A DNA stretch of 64,000 bases from Phormidesmis sp. (GCA_965248535.1 CBDFJR010000005.1:992001-1056000); one strand, 5' to 3'. Positions 23,193 to 35,420 are shown, numbered from the stretch's first letter. Notes: generated by a model not told the origin, from the letters alone. Numbers and translations: made by a program.

Positions 23193-23960
23193 GAGCGCAA
23201 CGCCGCAAACCTTACAAAACTGGGCATTTGAGTCATGAGACGACAAACCGCACGTTGAGCAATCAATCTGAATCTGATCAGCCGTTTTGACTAGCTGTTT
23301 GATCAAATCTCCTAACTGCCAGGGAATCAGAACTACGCCTGTGAGCAGCATTGAAACAGTCAAAAGACGACCTATTTGTGAATTAGGCGTGATGTCTCCT
23401 AGCCCCGCCGTCGTAATCGTAGACACCGAGAAATAAACCGCATCTAAAAATGTCTTAAAGTCTTGAGAGTTGGTCGGGTGCTCAACTTGATAGATCAAGC
23501 CTGAATAAACAAAAATGATCGAGAAAAGCGTGAAAAATATTCGGGCCAGAATCACGCTGTCTTCGCTGCTGATATAGCCAAAAATAGTGCCACCTTCGAT
23601 AAAGCGAATCAAACGGAGAATGCGGAACCAGCGAAAGATTCTCAGAAATCCAATATTGGCAAAGCCCAGCAGAAAGGGCACGATCGCCAGCAAGTCTACG
23701 ATCGAGTAAAGGCTAAAAACATACTTAACTCTCTGGTCAGCTACCCAAACTCGCAGTAGATATTCAATCACAAAAATTATGAGAATTCCATCTTCTAAGA
23801 GATCTAATGGCTGTCTGAGAGATCCAGGAATTTTATAAGTTTCTACCACAAAAATGGCTGAAGAAACTAGAACTAATCCGGTAATTAAGAGATTGATTCC
23901 TCTGCCTAAGGGAGACTCAATATCTTCTAAATAGAATGCAATTTTTTCTCGCAGTGACAT
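23175..23960 (-). CDS. Ion transporter (voltage-gated K+ channel-like)
   Basis: S4-like RIFRWFRILRLIR, pore TITTAGLGDITP, C-terminal CxxC...CxxC. Confidence 0.88.
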   Translation of the reverse strand: MSLREKIAFYLEDIESPLGRGINLLITGLVLVSSAIFVVETYKIPGSLRQPLDLLEDGILIIFVIEYLLRVWVADQRVKYVFSLYSIVDLLAIVPFLLGFANIGFLRIFRWFRILRLIRFIEGGTIFGYISSEDSVILARIFFTLFSIIFVYSGLIYQVEHPTNSQDFKTFLDAVYFSVSTITTAGLGDITPNSQIGRLLTVSMLLTGVVLIPWQLGDLIKQLVKTADQIQIDCSTCGLSSHDSNAQFCKVCGVALSNHSH

Positions 23961-24096
23961 AGTTTTAGAGTTCCGTTTTAGAGTTCCAGTTCTTGAATAC
24001 CTTACTTCAGCCCGTCAAAATTGTGCCCGCTGTGCGCTTGATAGGCTTCAGAATTCGCGCAACAATAGATGTAAAGTTTCGTATCCTATCCCTAAG

Positions 24097-25329
24097 ATGA
24101 CGATCGCGGCCCCTAGACCCAGTTCTCTAACCTATGACTATGACTTGGCGATCGTGGGGGGCGGTGTGGTCGGGGCAACCCTCGCCTGTGCGCTCAAAGA
24201 TTCAGGCTTGACGGTGGTGCTGATTGAAGCCGAGGCTCAATCGATCGCCAGCGCTAGAGGGCAAGCCTATAACATTTCTCCGCTTTCTGGTCGCATTTTT
24301 GACGGACTTGGCGTTTGGGAGCAGATTCGTCCTCAGCTTGAGACCTACACCAAGATTCGCCTCTCAGATGCCGACTATCCCCAAGTGGTGCAGTTTTTGC
24401 CTCAAGATTTAGGTGCCCAGACCTTGGGCTATGTGGCCGAGCATCACGTTTTGATCGCGGCCCTTCAAGACTCGTTGCGGCAAAATTCGCAGGTGACTTG
24501 GCTGTGTCCGGCAAAGGTCGTGAAAACCGATATCCAGCCTAACGGCGCAACCCTAGAGATAGCGGTCAACGGCGAAGTTAAGCAAATTCGGACTCGGTTA
24601 GTCGTAGCCGCCGATGGAGCACGATCGCCGCTTCGTCAACAAGCCGGAATTCGCACTCACGGCTGGCAATATTGGCAGTCGTGCGTTGTGGCGACTATCA
24701 AACCTGAGAAATTTCACAATCACACGGCCTACGAGCGATTTTGGTCAAGTGGGCCGTTTGCCATTTTGCCGTTGCCGGGCAATCGATGTCGCATTGTCTG
24801 GACGGCTCCCCGCGCTGAGGCAGCAGCGATCGTGAACCTAGACGATGATCACTTTCTCAAAGAACTGACTCGGCGCTATGGCGATCACATGGGCAAGCTG
24901 GCGCTAGAGGGCGATCGCTACGTGTTTCCGGTGCAGCTTATGCACAGCACTCGCTATGTGTTGCCGCGACTGGCGCTGATTGGTGATGCAGCCCACTGTT
25001 GCCATCCGGTCGGTGGGCAGGGCATTAACATGGGCATTCGAGATGCGGCGGCTTTGGCCCAGGTCTTGCAAACTGCTCATCAACAAGGCGAAGATATTTC
25101 CACCCTCAAAGTTCTCAAACGCTATGAGCGCTGGCGCAAGTGGGAGAACTTGGTGATTTTGGGCTTTACCGATTTGCTCGATCGCACCTTTTCTAACAAC
25201 ATTCTTGCGATCGTGCTTTTACGTCGCTTGGGGTTGGGGGTGCTGCAAACTGTGCTGCCGATCAAATCTTTTGCCCTCAAACTGATGACAGGGCTAACCG
25301 GGCGCGTTCCTAAACTTGCTCAAAGATAA
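24097..25329 (+). CDS. FAD-dependent hydroxylase (UbiH/COQ6 family)
   Basis: GGGVVG, AADGARS, GDAAHCCHPVGGQGINMG. Confidence 0.92.
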   Translation: MTIAAPRPSSLTYDYDLAIVGGGVVGATLACALKDSGLTVVLIEAEAQSIASARGQAYNISPLSGRIFDGLGVWEQIRPQLETYTKIRLSDADYPQVVQFLPQDLGAQTLGYVAEHHVLIAALQDSLRQNSQVTWLCPAKVVKTDIQPNGATLEIAVNGEVKQIRTRLVVAADGARSPLRQQAGIRTHGWQYWQSCVVATIKPEKFHNHTAYERFWSSGPFAILPLPGNRCRIVWTAPRAEAAAIVNLDDDHFLKELTRRYGDHMGKLALEGDRYVFPVQLMHSTRYVLPRLALIGDAAHCCHPVGGQGINMGIRDAAALAQVLQTAHQQGEDISTLKVLKRYERWRKWENLVILGFTDLLDRTFSNNILAIVLLRRLGLGVLQTVLPIKSFALKLMTGLTGRVPKLAQR

Positions 25330-25397
25330 TGAGAGAATTCAACCACGATCGCCAAACTGCTGAAGATCTTTACTAGCCCTCCCTTTTCAGAATCACC

Positions 25398-26099
25398 ATG
25401 AAACCTAAAGCCGTTGTCCTTCTCTCTGGAGGATTAGATTCTGCAACGTCGGCCGCTCAGGCAATCGTCGATGGCTATGACGTGATTGCCCTGTCGTTAA
25501 ATTATGGTCAGCGCCACGATCGTGAGCTAGTCGCCGCCGCTCAAGTTGCCGCTCACTTCAAGATTCAAGATCATTTTGTGATCGAGGTAAACCTAGCTCA
25601 GTGGGGCGGTTCTGCGTTGACCGATCTCGCCATTTCTCTTCCTACTGAGGGCACTCAGGCTGACGTGATTCCCACAACCTATGTGCCCGGACGGAACACG
25701 GTGTTTATCGCGATCGCGCTCTCGCTCGCCGAAGCAAAAGGTGCCGAGGCGGTTTATCTGGGCATTAACGCTGTCGATTATTCTGGCTACCCCGATTGTC
25801 GTCCCGAATATTTAGAGGCGTTTCAGCACCTTGCTACTCTTTCGTCAAAAGTCGGGATCAATGGCAGCGCACCTAAACTAGTTGCCCCTTTAGTCACTAG
25901 CTCAAAGGTTGATATCGTGCATCGCGCCTTGCAGTTGGGGGTGCCGATCGCCCTCACTTGGTCTTGCTATCAAGGGGGCGATCATCCCTGCGGAGTCTGC
26001 GATTCTTGCCGAATTCGCGATCGCGCCTTGATCGAAGCTGGAAGAGCAGATTTGGCCACTCTCATAGGACAGGCTTTAGTCAGAGAGAAAAATTTGTAA
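25398..26099 (+). CDS. queC: 7-cyano-7-deazaguanine synthase
   Basis: SGGLDS, YVPGRN, GYPDCR, TWSCY..CG.CDSC. Confidence 0.97.
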   Translation: MKPKAVVLLSGGLDSATSAAQAIVDGYDVIALSLNYGQRHDRELVAAAQVAAHFKIQDHFVIEVNLAQWGGSALTDLAISLPTEGTQADVIPTTYVPGRNTVFIAIALSLAEAKGAEAVYLGINAVDYSGYPDCRPEYLEAFQHLATLSSKVGINGSAPKLVAPLVTSSKVDIVHRALQLGVPIALTWSCYQGGDHPCGVCDSCRIRDRALIEAGRADLATLIGQALVREKNL

Positions 26100-26792
26100 T
26101 CAAAGGGATTAATTGTTAAGAAATCATACTGAATTTGAAGAAATTTCGAGAGCACTAACTCACAAATCTAGTAATAGTAGATAACAAAAACATAAAGAAA
26201 ATCGGTAGTCAACACAGTTTTTGTTTTCTTTAATTAGAACAACTTACCCTGTAAGCATCTTCAATAGGCTAACTCTAGACTGTCTCTTCTAAGAGAGGTA
26301 ATAAAAAATACAGCAGTGAACGGTTAGTCTCAGGCGAGGCTTGACTGGTAGCACAGCCTCTTCTAGATAAATCCTTAATCTTTCTGGAAAAACCTTCTAA
26401 AGTAATGAAACGTCAGACGATAAATAGTGCTTTGATGATCTGCCAAATTGTGATAAAAACCTTTAGAGTTTGACCTCGATCGGGCTGGCTTGAGGAACTA
26501 TATAAAGCTCAAAAGCCAACAACACAAAAGCTTTCAGTAAAATGAGCCAGCGATCGCTGGGATGGTTTATCAATGCATTTCTCAACTCAGTCCTTAACAG
26601 TCTATCGACCCATTACTTGACCTAAAAAATTTAAGTTAATGATTGATAAGCGACAAAAACTAAGAAAAATGGAAGCAGTTTATCGAAACCTAAAACTTAA
26701 AAAGCAATGTCTGAGAGGCTTTTATCATTTAATTTCTAAAAAAGTCAGTTTTTGTGACCGCTATAGTGACGAATAGCTTGATATATCTCGTC

Positions 26793-27188
26793 ATGAAATT
26801 CGCAGCGAGTCACGTTTTACTCTTAACGCAGCAAACTGAAGATTTGCACGGGTTAGAATTTCTTCTGGAACGTTTAAGATGTGCCGTAGAAATTGTCACC
26901 ACGCCAGATCAGGCAGTCGATCGAGTTCATCAAAACCCGCCGTGTCTAGTGATTGTGCAAGGCAACCATAGAACCTGGTCACGAAAGCTTGTTTATGCTC
27001 TGAGAGCGATCGCCGATGCTGACAACATTACGCTGGTCGCTCTGACCGATGCTCACGCCCCAAGTTGGCTTCACCAAGACGAAAATCCGGGGTTTGATGG
27101 CTTCTTAGTCAATCCCCTCAGTTCCGATGTGCTTTTTTCGCTGATTCAGTCTGCCTCGGCACGACAGCTTTGTCGCCCTGTTAACTAG
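26793..27188 (+). CDS. Atypical single-domain response regulator (pseudo-receiver)
   Basis: Receiver-like pattern (PCLVIV, VALT, GFDGFLVNP) lacking the canonical Asp and Lys. Confidence 0.6.
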   Translation: MKFAASHVLLLTQQTEDLHGLEFLLERLRCAVEIVTTPDQAVDRVHQNPPCLVIVQGNHRTWSRKLVYALRAIADADNITLVALTDAHAPSWLHQDENPGFDGFLVNPLSSDVLFSLIQSASARQLCRPVN

Positions 27189-27320
27189 CTGAGCCTCAAC
27201 GTACCACTCATTATAAGAGGGGCTTACGATCGTGGGTTAGATCCTATCGGTGACTCGCCCGGACAAGGGGCACTGCCTTATTTACTACCCAGATCCACTG
27301 ATCTCTAAGCTTCTTGATCT

Positions 27321-27986
27321 ATGCAGTTCGCTCCGTTCTACCCGCTCATCCATCGCCTTCTTAAACCCAACTTTCCTAACTGTTTGTGGACGGGTGACCC
27401 GCAAGTTTCTAAAATTGCGCTCACTTTTGATGATGGGCCTTATCCTCCTTACACGTCTGCTTTGATAGAGGTGCTCGATCGCCATCACATTCCTGCCAGC
27501 TTTTTTTGGTTAGGAATTTGCGTCGATCGCGCCCCTGCCCTCGCTCAAGCCATTCATCAAAAAGGCTATTGGCTAGGTCTACATGGCTATGAACATCAGT
27601 CATTTGCCACGATGTCTGGCCATCAACTCAAGCAAGACTTAGAGCAGACAAAAAGCGCGATCGTCAACGCTTGTCAAGACTCATCTCTCTCATTAATTGA
27701 TGTTCGCCCCCCAAACGGGCTGTTTACCCCCAAAACCTTAGGGCTGCTTAATCAATGGGGTTATCGCCCTGTGATGTGGAGCGTGATTCCTGAAGATTGG
27801 GTGCAGCCGGGCGTAGCGATCGTAGTGCAGCGAGTCTTAGATCAGGTTCAAAATGGCTCCATCATTGTCCTACACGATGGATATTGTGGCGGAGAGGATG
27901 TAGCAGAGATCGTTGACCATCTGATCCCAGCACTGCGGAATCGAGGATATGAGTTTGTGACCGTCAATCAACTATGGCAGGGTTGA
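27321..27986 (+). CDS. Polysaccharide deacetylase (NodB family)
   Basis: ALTFDDGP, HGYEH, RPPNG, IIVLHD. Confidence 0.92.
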   Translation: MQFAPFYPLIHRLLKPNFPNCLWTGDPQVSKIALTFDDGPYPPYTSALIEVLDRHHIPASFFWLGICVDRAPALAQAIHQKGYWLGLHGYEHQSFATMSGHQLKQDLEQTKSAIVNACQDSSLSLIDVRPPNGLFTPKTLGLLNQWGYRPVMWSVIPEDWVQPGVAIVVQRVLDQVQNGSIIVLHDGYCGGEDVAEIVDHLIPALRNRGYEFVTVNQLWQG

Positions 27987-28811
27987 TTAACCCAAATTTT
28001 TCAATCAATTCAAGTTTGAGTCATCAAGTTTCCTAATATTTTCACACCCGTAGCATTAGCAGCTTGCTGCGGCTAAAGTGGTTGCTCTATATCAGGTTTG
28101 TTCTTTTACGATCGCTACGATCGCGCTCAAAAAAATCCCTAACCTGCTTACCCGCCAAACTTAAATGAGCAAAAAGATCATCTAACTTAATATGGAGTCT
28201 AGACCCAAGTTCTTAAATTTGGGCTAACGTAACATCTATGGAGACATAGATTTAGCCGTCTAACCTTTAAGTGCGATTTGGAGGTGATATTTGGACGGAA
28301 CTTAGTGCTGATCAACGGCAGCTATCTCTCTGCCCAACATTAGAGGCAACCGTTTATTGCATGACTATTGCATGACTTTGGATTGAGCGATAACCCATGC
28401 TGATGTCAATCCTTGTAGTCACAAAAGCTTTTGACTGCTCCATGAGCCAACCATCCCATAGACAGACTCCTTTCCATCTCAATTTTCTAACTTTGCAGAT
28501 TAAGGCGGACAAAAAAGGTGCATCTTTTGTGAGAAAAGCTACAATTGGGGAGACATTAAACCATTCAGCAATAGTGGCTTTTGAGTTGGTATCTCTACCC
28601 CGCAAGATCTTTGCGAGAATGCAGCATACCCTTAGTTTTCTATGGTGGTTAGCCGCCCCTCGATTGAGAGAGCGATCTCTCTAAAAAGACGCGCAACTGC
28701 TACAACGACAGAAAGCCCGTGGCTACATCTTGTAACCAAATTGAACGACCAACCGTTCTCCGGTGCTTAAATTTTTCACTTTCACCCCTTAAGGAGCATG
28801 AGGAACGCGGC

Positions 28812-29942
28812 ATGACCCAGGCCAACGACGTACTCGAAGCACTCAGTCTTAGCAGTCCTTCTGATGAACCGCTTGATACCGAAATCGAGCTTTATGACGA
28901 AGATGACCAAGACGAGCCGGATTCTCCGGCAGATGATGACACCAAAACAGGCAAGGCTCGCGCCGCCCGCCGTCGAGCACAAGCCAAGAAAAAGCACTAC
29001 ACCGAAGACTCGATTCGGCTGTATCTGCAAGAGATCGGTCGGATTCGTCTGCTGAGAGCCGATGAAGAAATCGAACTAGCGCGGAAAATCGCAGACTTGC
29101 TAGAGCTAGAGCGAATTCGAGTCAGGCTGACAGAAAAGTTGAGCCGTGAACCTCAAGACAAAGAGTGGGCTAGCGAAGTCAATATGCCCCTGACAGCGTT
29201 TCGGCATCGACTGCATTTAGGTCGCCGCGCCAAAGACAAAATGGTGCAGTCTAACCTGCGTCTGGTGGTGTCGATCGCCAAGAAATACATGAACCGGGGT
29301 CTTTCTTTTCAAGACCTGATTCAGGAAGGCAGCTTGGGTCTAATTCGGGCGGCTGAAAAGTTTGACCACGAAAAGGGCTACAAGTTCTCAACCTATGCCA
29401 CCTGGTGGATTCGTCAGGCCATCACCAGAGCGATCGCTGACCAGTCTCGCACGATTCGCCTCCCGGTTCACCTCTACGAAACCATCTCTCGAATCAAAAA
29501 AACCACTAAGCTTCTCTCCCAAGAGATGGGTCGAAAGCCCACTGAAGAAGAGATTGCAACTCGCATGGAGATGACGATCGAGAAACTTCGCTTCATCGCC
29601 AAGTCTGCTCAGTTGCCGATCTCGCTAGAAACCCCGATCGGCAAAGAAGAAGATTCTCGCCTGGGTGACTTTATTGAGTCAGACGGTGAGACCCCTGAAG
29701 ATCAGGTGTCTAAAAACCTGCTTCGAGAAGACCTCGAAGGCGTTTTGGCCACTCTCAGCCCTCGCGAGAAAGACGTGTTGAGACTGCGCTACGGTCTAGA
29801 CGACGGCCGCATGAAGACTCTAGAAGAGATCGGGCAGATCTTTAACGTCACTCGCGAACGGATTCGTCAAATCGAAGCCAAGGCGCTCCGCAAGTTGCGC
29901 CATCCTAATCGCAACAGTGTGTTGAAGGAATATATTCGCTAA
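28812..29942 (+). CDS. sigA: Primary RNA polymerase sigma factor SigA/RpoD
   Basis: [19 protein letters not shown], regions 2-4, [17 protein letters not shown]. Confidence 0.97.
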   Translation: MTQANDVLEALSLSSPSDEPLDTEIELYDEDDQDEPDSPADDDTKTGKARAARRRAQAKKKHYTEDSIRLYLQEIGRIRLLRADEEIELARKIADLLELERIRVRLTEKLSREPQDKEWASEVNMPLTAFRHRLHLGRRAKDKMVQSNLRLVVSIAKKYMNRGLSFQDLIQEGSLGLIRAAEKFDHEKGYKFSTYATWWIRQAITRAIADQSRTIRLPVHLYETISRIKKTTKLLSQEMGRKPTEEEIATRMEMTIEKLRFIAKSAQLPISLETPIGKEEDSRLGDFIESDGETPEDQVSKNLLREDLEGVLATLSPREKDVLRLRYGLDDGRMKTLEEIGQIFNVTRERIRQIEAKALRKLRHPNRNSVLKEYIR

Positions 29943-29995
29943 ATCCGATCGTCTAATGGCTGGGCCGTGAGCAATCCGTCCCGCGAATAGAGTTA

Positions 29996-30029
29996 AAAAG
30001 ACTCAGGGGTCATGCCCTGGGTCTTTTTT
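29996..30029. terminator. Bidirectional intrinsic terminator between sigA and hli
   Basis: AAAAGACTCAGGG...CCCTGGGTCTTTTT. Confidence 0.75.
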
Positions 30030-30128
30030 GTAGATTTCCACCGAAAAAGAACAAAAACACGGGCACCTTAGAAAAAGTGCCCGTCAGTCTAATCTCTGAA
30101 ATTAGACAGAAACTTAGAAAAGAAATAA

Positions 30129-30311
30129 TTACAGCAGACCCAGAAAACGCAAAGTGCCTTCTCCTGAAAAATATTCGGTCGCGAGGGCGGCCACAAAGCC
30201 AATCATGGCAAAGCGACCGTTCCACAACTCAGCTTGAGGCGTGAAACCAAACTTCCAGGCGTTGCGGTCTTCAGAAGCAATGGGAGCCGTTACTTTTTGA
30301 GTGTCTTGCAT
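30129..30311 (-). CDS. High-light inducible protein (Hli/Scp)
   Basis: FGFTPQAELWNGRFAMIGF CAB motif. Confidence 0.95.
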   Translation of the reverse strand: MQDTQKVTAPIASEDRNAWKFGFTPQAELWNGRFAMIGFVAALATEYFSGEGTLRFLGLL

Positions 30312-30510
30312 GGTGGGTTCTCTGGAGTGCATTAGCTATCCCTAATGTAAACCAATATTACGTTTAATGTCAAAGTATCAAGCTACGGACTAGCTTTCTT
30401 TTTGATAATCGTGACTCCTAAATCTGGGTTCGATGATAGAAAAGGACTCCCATGGCTGAGATATAGGGCTATGATGGGGACTATTGATTGATATTTGTTA
30501 AAAATTATCA

Positions 30511-31932
30511 ATGATTGTTTCCCAGTCTAGTTGGTTAAAGTTTAAAGAATCGCTGACCGAAAAGATATTTTTCGGACATGAGCCTTCAGCAGAGTTGATC
30601 GCGATCTTGCTGGTCTACTTTGTGCAAGGAGTTTTAGGGTTAGCACGATTGGCCGTTAGCTTCTTTCTCAAAGATGAGCTAGGGCTGAGTCCTGCTGAGG
30701 TGTCTGCCCTGCTGGGCATTGTGGCCCTGCCGTGGATGATTAAGCCTCTGTTTGGCTTTGTTTCTGACGGGCTGCCTATCTTTGGCTATCGACGACGACC
30801 CTATTTAGTGCTGTCGGGGTTTTTGGGCGCACTGTCTTGGGTGGCTCTGGCCACGATCGTGCACAGTCCTTGGGCGGCCACCCTAACGATCGCCTTGGGT
30901 TCTCTATCAGTTGCAGTTAGCGATGTGATTGTCGATTCGCTAGTCGTTGAGCGGGCGCGGTCAGAGTCTGTGAGTGGGGCTGGGTCACTGCAAGCCCTCT
31001 GCTGGGGTGCCTCTGCGGTGGGTGGGCTAGTAACCGCTTATCTGAGCGGCTGGCTGCTGGCTCAGTTTGACACGCAAACGGTGTTTGCCATCACGGCATT
31101 CTTTCCTTTAATTATGTCTGCGGTCGCTTGGTGGATTGCCGAATCGCCAGTGACTGAAAAGTCAGACTGGTCGATCGTGCGAACTCAATTGGGGCAACTC
31201 AAACAAGCCATCACTCAGAAATCGATCTGGATGCCCACTGCGTTTCTGTTTCTGTGGCAAGCGACCCCCACCGCAGAATCGGCATTTTTCTATTTTTCGA
31301 CTAACGAGCTAGGGTTTGAGCCTGAGTTTTTGGGGCGAGTGCGACTCGTCACCAGCATTGCGGCCCTTGTAGGGATTTGGGTCTATCAGCGATTTCTTAA
31401 GTCTGTGCCGTTTCGGGTGATTTTTGGATGGTCGATCGTGGCTTCATCTGCGTTGGGCATGACCATGATGCTGCTTGTTACCCACGCCAATCGAGCCATC
31501 GGCATCGACGATCGCTGGTTTAGTCTCGGTGACAGTCTGGTTTTGACAGTGATGGGGCAAATCGCTTTCATGCCCGTTTTGGTGCTGGCTGCCAGACTGT
31601 GCCCACCCGGTGTTGAAGCGACTCTGTTTGCTCTATTGATGTCAGTTGTTAATCTGGCTGGGCTGGTGTCTTATGAGTTTGGGGCGGTGTTGACTCATTG
31701 GCTGGGCATCAACGAAACCAACTTTGATAAGCTGTGGCTGCTCGTGCTGATCACAAACCTCAGCACCCTGCTGCCCTTAATATTTCTGGGTTGGTTACCC
31801 GGAGCCTCTGAAGACTTGGGACAGAGCGCTGCTGATGCTAAATCTTTCTCCACCTTAGAGTTACCAGATTTAGTTTCAGAGCTAGTGCCGCCTCGAAGAA
31901 GAGAAGTCATTATTGACAAACCGATCGATTAG
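30511..31932 (+). CDS. Folate/biopterin family MFS transporter
   Basis: PWMIKPLFGFVSD..PIFGYRRRPY; LCPPGVEATLFALLM. Confidence 0.93.
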   Translation: MIVSQSSWLKFKESLTEKIFFGHEPSAELIAILLVYFVQGVLGLARLAVSFFLKDELGLSPAEVSALLGIVALPWMIKPLFGFVSDGLPIFGYRRRPYLVLSGFLGALSWVALATIVHSPWAATLTIALGSLSVAVSDVIVDSLVVERARSESVSGAGSLQALCWGASAVGGLVTAYLSGWLLAQFDTQTVFAITAFFPLIMSAVAWWIAESPVTEKSDWSIVRTQLGQLKQAITQKSIWMPTAFLFLWQATPTAESAFFYFSTNELGFEPEFLGRVRLVTSIAALVGIWVYQRFLKSVPFRVIFGWSIVASSALGMTMMLLVTHANRAIGIDDRWFSLGDSLVLTVMGQIAFMPVLVLAARLCPPGVEATLFALLMSVVNLAGLVSYEFGAVLTHWLGINETNFDKLWLLVLITNLSTLLPLIFLGWLPGASEDLGQSAADAKSFSTLELPDLVSELVPPRRREVIIDKPID

Positions 31933-32054
31933 TAAAACGACCAGTGAATCACAAAGCGTTGCTCTCTTTAATCCGGTCGATTAAAGAAGATTCGCATGGG
32001 CTACGAATTTTAAACTCGTGGTGATTATTTAAACACTCAACGCTCTGCAACACA

Positions 32055-33592
32055 GTGACTATGCAAAGTTTTCAGCTTGGTGAACACGCGCCTACGATTC
32101 CGATCGCGTCCTATAATACGCAAGAATGGCAGAAGGGATATCGCTCTCTCGATCATGAATATGATTACTGGATTGATGACGTTGAGGGGCAGATTCCGCC
32201 TGAGTTAAATGGCACCTTGTTTCGCAACGGGCCAGGACGGCTAGACGTAAATGGACAGCGGGTTCAACATCCGTTTGATGGGGATGGAATGATCTGCGCG
32301 ATCGCGTTTCAAAACGGACGCGCACACTTTCGCAATCGCTTTGTTCACACTGAAGGATATGTTGCCGAACAGCAAGCAGGACGCATTCTCTATCGCGGCG
32401 TGTTTGGAACTCAAAAGCCAGGAGGCTGGTTAGCCAACGCCTTTGATACCAAAATTAAAAATATTGCGAATACCCAGATCCTTTACTGGGGAGGAAAACT
32501 GCTGGCTCTCTGGGAAGCCGCAGAGCCTCATCGCCTCGATCCGCGCACGTTGGAAACCTTGGGTCAAGAATATTTTGATGGAGCCTTGCAGCCCGGCGCA
32601 CCGTTTGCGGCCCATCCCTGGATTGATCCGGCTTCTCAGTTTGACGGCGGCGCACCGTGCTTAGTTAATTTTTCTATCAAAGCAGGGCTGTCATTTACGA
32701 TCAATCTTTACGAATTAGATCTGGCTGGAACGATCGTTCGTCAGCACAGTCATCCGGTGCCGGGATTTGCCTTCATTCATGATTTTGCCATCACGCCCAA
32801 CTACTGCATCTTTTTTCAAAATCCGGTGGCGTTTAATCCAGTGCCATTTTTAATGGGCACCCGATCGCCCGGTGAATGTATTAAATTTCAGCCTGACAAA
32901 CCGACGCGGGTGATCATTATTCCTCGCGATGTCGCATCACGCCCCAAGCCGATAATTCTTGAAACTCAATCGGGGTTTGTGTTTCATCATGCCAACGCCT
33001 ATGAGCAAGCGGGCGAAATTGTGATTGACTCCATCTGCTATGAAAATTTGCCTGCGGTCGAGGCTGGGGCTGACTATCGCGAAACCGACTTTACGGCCCT
33101 TGCGCCGGGTCAGTTGTGGCGCTTTCGCATGAATTTAGAAACCAAAGCGGTCGATCGTCAGTTGATTGAGCCTCGCTGCTGTGAGTTTCCGTTTATTCAC
33201 CCGGCTAAAGCAGGACGCGAACATCGCTATGTCTATATGGGAGCCGCGCTATACCGCCAGCAGGCAACGCCCCACTGCAAGCCATTCTCAAAGTCGATGT
33301 CAAATCGGAGCAGCGTCAACTCTGGAGCGCTGCCCCCGATGGCTATGTCGGCGAGCCTGTGTTTGTGCCGCGTGGGTTGCCCGGAGCAGCAGGACTCTAT
33401 ACCCAAGTCGAGGGCGATGAAGATGACGGCTGGCTGTTGACGATGGTTTATGACAGCCAGCACGATCGTACCGATGTGGTGATTCTTGATGCCAAAGATT
33501 TAGAAAAAGGCGCGATCGCTCGCCTTCATCTCAAGCATCATGTTCCCTACGGGCTACACGGGAGCTTTACGCCACACTACTTTGAGTCTTAG
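32055..33592 (+). pseudogene. Carotenoid cleavage oxygenase, frameshifted near 33250
   Basis: RNGPG, HPFDGDG, FIHDF, CEFP in the first frame; AGNAPLQAILKVD...GEPVFVP...HVPYGLHG continues in the -1 frame. Confidence 0.8.
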
Positions 33593-34628
33593 AGGCAGTT
33601 GAGAGCAAAGACCCTGACTGTCTTAAGGCGGTCAGGGTGGCATTGCCCGTGCAGAAAAGCACCGTGGTGATTTCTGATATCAACACATCGGCTAACCCGT
33701 GTAGGGCCGCTTCAGACTCACTAGCCGCTTGCAAAAAAGGAAACGCCAACCCTGCGAGATCAGCGCCTAGAGCGATCGTCTTAGCGATCTCTAAGCCGTT
33801 TCGCAGCCCCCCAGACGCAATAAGGGGAATCTCTGGTGAAATAGCTCGCACCGCCGTAACGCACTCAGCCGTCGGAATGCCCCAATCCGCAAAGGTTGCC
33901 CCCAGTCGGCGCTGTTTATCGTCTTGCGCTCGGTTGCTCTCGACTTTTGCCCAAGAGGTGCCCCCTGCCCCCGCCACGTCGATCGCGGCCACCCCGGCCG
34001 CAATCAGTTTTTGAGCGATCGGTCCTGAAATGCCGTTCCCCACTTCTTTGACGACGACTGGAACGGGAAGCCGATCGCAAAGCACTGCAATTTTTTCTAG
34101 CAGCCCACGAAAATTAGTGTCGCCTCTCGTCTGCACACATTCTTGCAGGGGATTGAGATGCAAAATCAGGGCATCGGCTTCGAGCAACTCAACGACGCGC
34201 TGACATTCGTCAAGACCATAGCGATAGTTAAGCTGAACGGCACCCAAATTGGCAAACAAGACGGCATTCGGCGCGATCGCCCGAATCTTAAATGTGTCTG
34301 CCACTTGAGGATTTTCGACCGCTACTCGCTGAGACCCCACGCCCATCGCCAGTTTATAGTGTTGGGCAATCTCTGCCAGACGATAATTAATCAGCTTTGC
34401 AAACTCTGTGCCCCCCGTCATAGACGAGATCAAAATCGGTGCGCCTAGGGGTTTGCCTAAAAATGTGGTGCTGAGATTGATATCGCTGAGATTGAGATCT
34501 GGCAAACAGTTGTGAACAAATCGATAGCGATCTAATCCATTCGTCACGTCTCGACACTGCACATCTTCATCTAGACAAATGCGAAGATGATCGGCCTTGC
34601 GAGTTTGGGTTTCTGCAAAAGAATCCAT
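33567..34628 (-). CDS. fni: Type 2 isopentenyl-diphosphate isomerase
   Basis: RKADH, SMTGG, GVGSQR, HLNPLQE, VKEVGNG. Confidence 0.96.
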   Translation of the reverse strand: MDSFAETQTRKADHLRICLDEDVQCRDVTNGLDRYRFVHNCLPDLNLSDINLSTTFLGKPLGAPILISSMTGGTEFAKLINYRLAEIAQHYKLAMGVGSQRVAVENPQVADTFKIRAIAPNAVLFANLGAVQLNYRYGLDECQRVVELLEADALILHLNPLQECVQTRGDTNFRGLLEKIAVLCDRLPVPVVVKEVGNGISGPIAQKLIAAGVAAIDVAGAGGTSWAKVESNRAQDDKQRRLGATFADWGIPTAECVTAVRAISPEIPLIASGGLRNGLEIAKTIALGADLAGLAFPFLQAASESEAALHGLADVLISEITTVLFCTGNATLTALRQSGSLLSTASKTQSSVA

Positions 34629-34646
34629 GGGGCTTAACCTACCTGA

Positions 34647-35183
34647 TCAATCTTTAATTAATTCCACACCATCTCGGCCATCAATGTCTTGAAGATAGAC
34701 TTTGACCCGTTCTTCTTTAGCAGTCGGCAGCTTTTTGCCCGTAAAGTCGGGATGGATCGGCACCTCACGATGGCCACGATCGACCAGCACCGCTAGTCGA
34801 ATCACTTCGGGTCTGCCGTGGTCAATCACGGCATCTAGCGCGGCTCGAATCGTTCGCCCCTTATAGATCACATCGTCAACCAGCACCACAGTTTTGCCGG
34901 AGAGATCAAACGGGATATTAGTTTTGGCAGGGGTGCGAATTCCGATCGTGTCGAAATCATCTCGATAAAAGGTGATGTCAAGTGCCCCGATCGCCACCTT
35001 TACCCCTTCTAACCCTTCAATTTGCTCTGCTAATTTCTCCGCCAGCGGCACCCCTCTAGTATAAATTCCTAACAGCACGAGTTTGGACAGATCTCCTGAT
35101 TTTTCAACGATTTGCGACGCTAAACGGGTCAGCGTGCGCCGAATTTCACTAGCTGAGAGAATTTCAATATGTTCTAGCGGCAT
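34647..35183 (-). CDS. pyrR: Bifunctional pyr regulator/uracil PRTase
   Basis: [27 protein letters not shown]. Confidence 0.96.
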   Translation of the reverse strand: MPLEHIEILSASEIRRTLTRLASQIVEKSGDLSKLVLLGIYTRGVPLAEKLAEQIEGLEGVKVAIGALDITFYRDDFDTIGIRTPAKTNIPFDLSGKTVVLVDDVIYKGRTIRAALDAVIDHGRPEVIRLAVLVDRGHREVPIHPDFTGKKLPTAKEERVKVYLQDIDGRDGVELIKD

Positions 35184-35389
35184 GGGTCAGAAAAGTCAGC
35201 GAATAAAGTTCGTTCTTGCTACCTTAAGCGGTGTTGCTTTATTTCGTCTATATCTGCTGGGTCGCATCAGAGCGATCGTGAAGGGATGTAAAAATTTTTG
35301 CAGTTAGATGTCAAAAATGAGGAAACCCTCAAGGTCAGCTTTATCTTGGAGGTTTACAGAGCTTTTTGCCTAAACTCTGGTTTGCAAAG

Positions 35390-35420
35390 AGTCCCAAAAA
35401 AAGTCCCAAAAAAAGTCCCA
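35390..35420 (+). repeat. Short 12-bp tandem repeat
   Basis: AGTCCCAAAAAA x2 plus AGTCCCA in the leader of the next gene. Confidence 0.6.

Noticed and set aside
27987..28811. Long region upstream of sigA with two short overlapping ORFs
   Set aside because: No recognisable motifs; long multi-promoter leaders are expected for sigA. I could not support an RNA gene.
30340..30375. Possible NtcA or HLR1 site upstream of the hli gene
   Set aside because: GTA..TAC spacing is 9, not 8, and only one convincing TTACA half-site is present.
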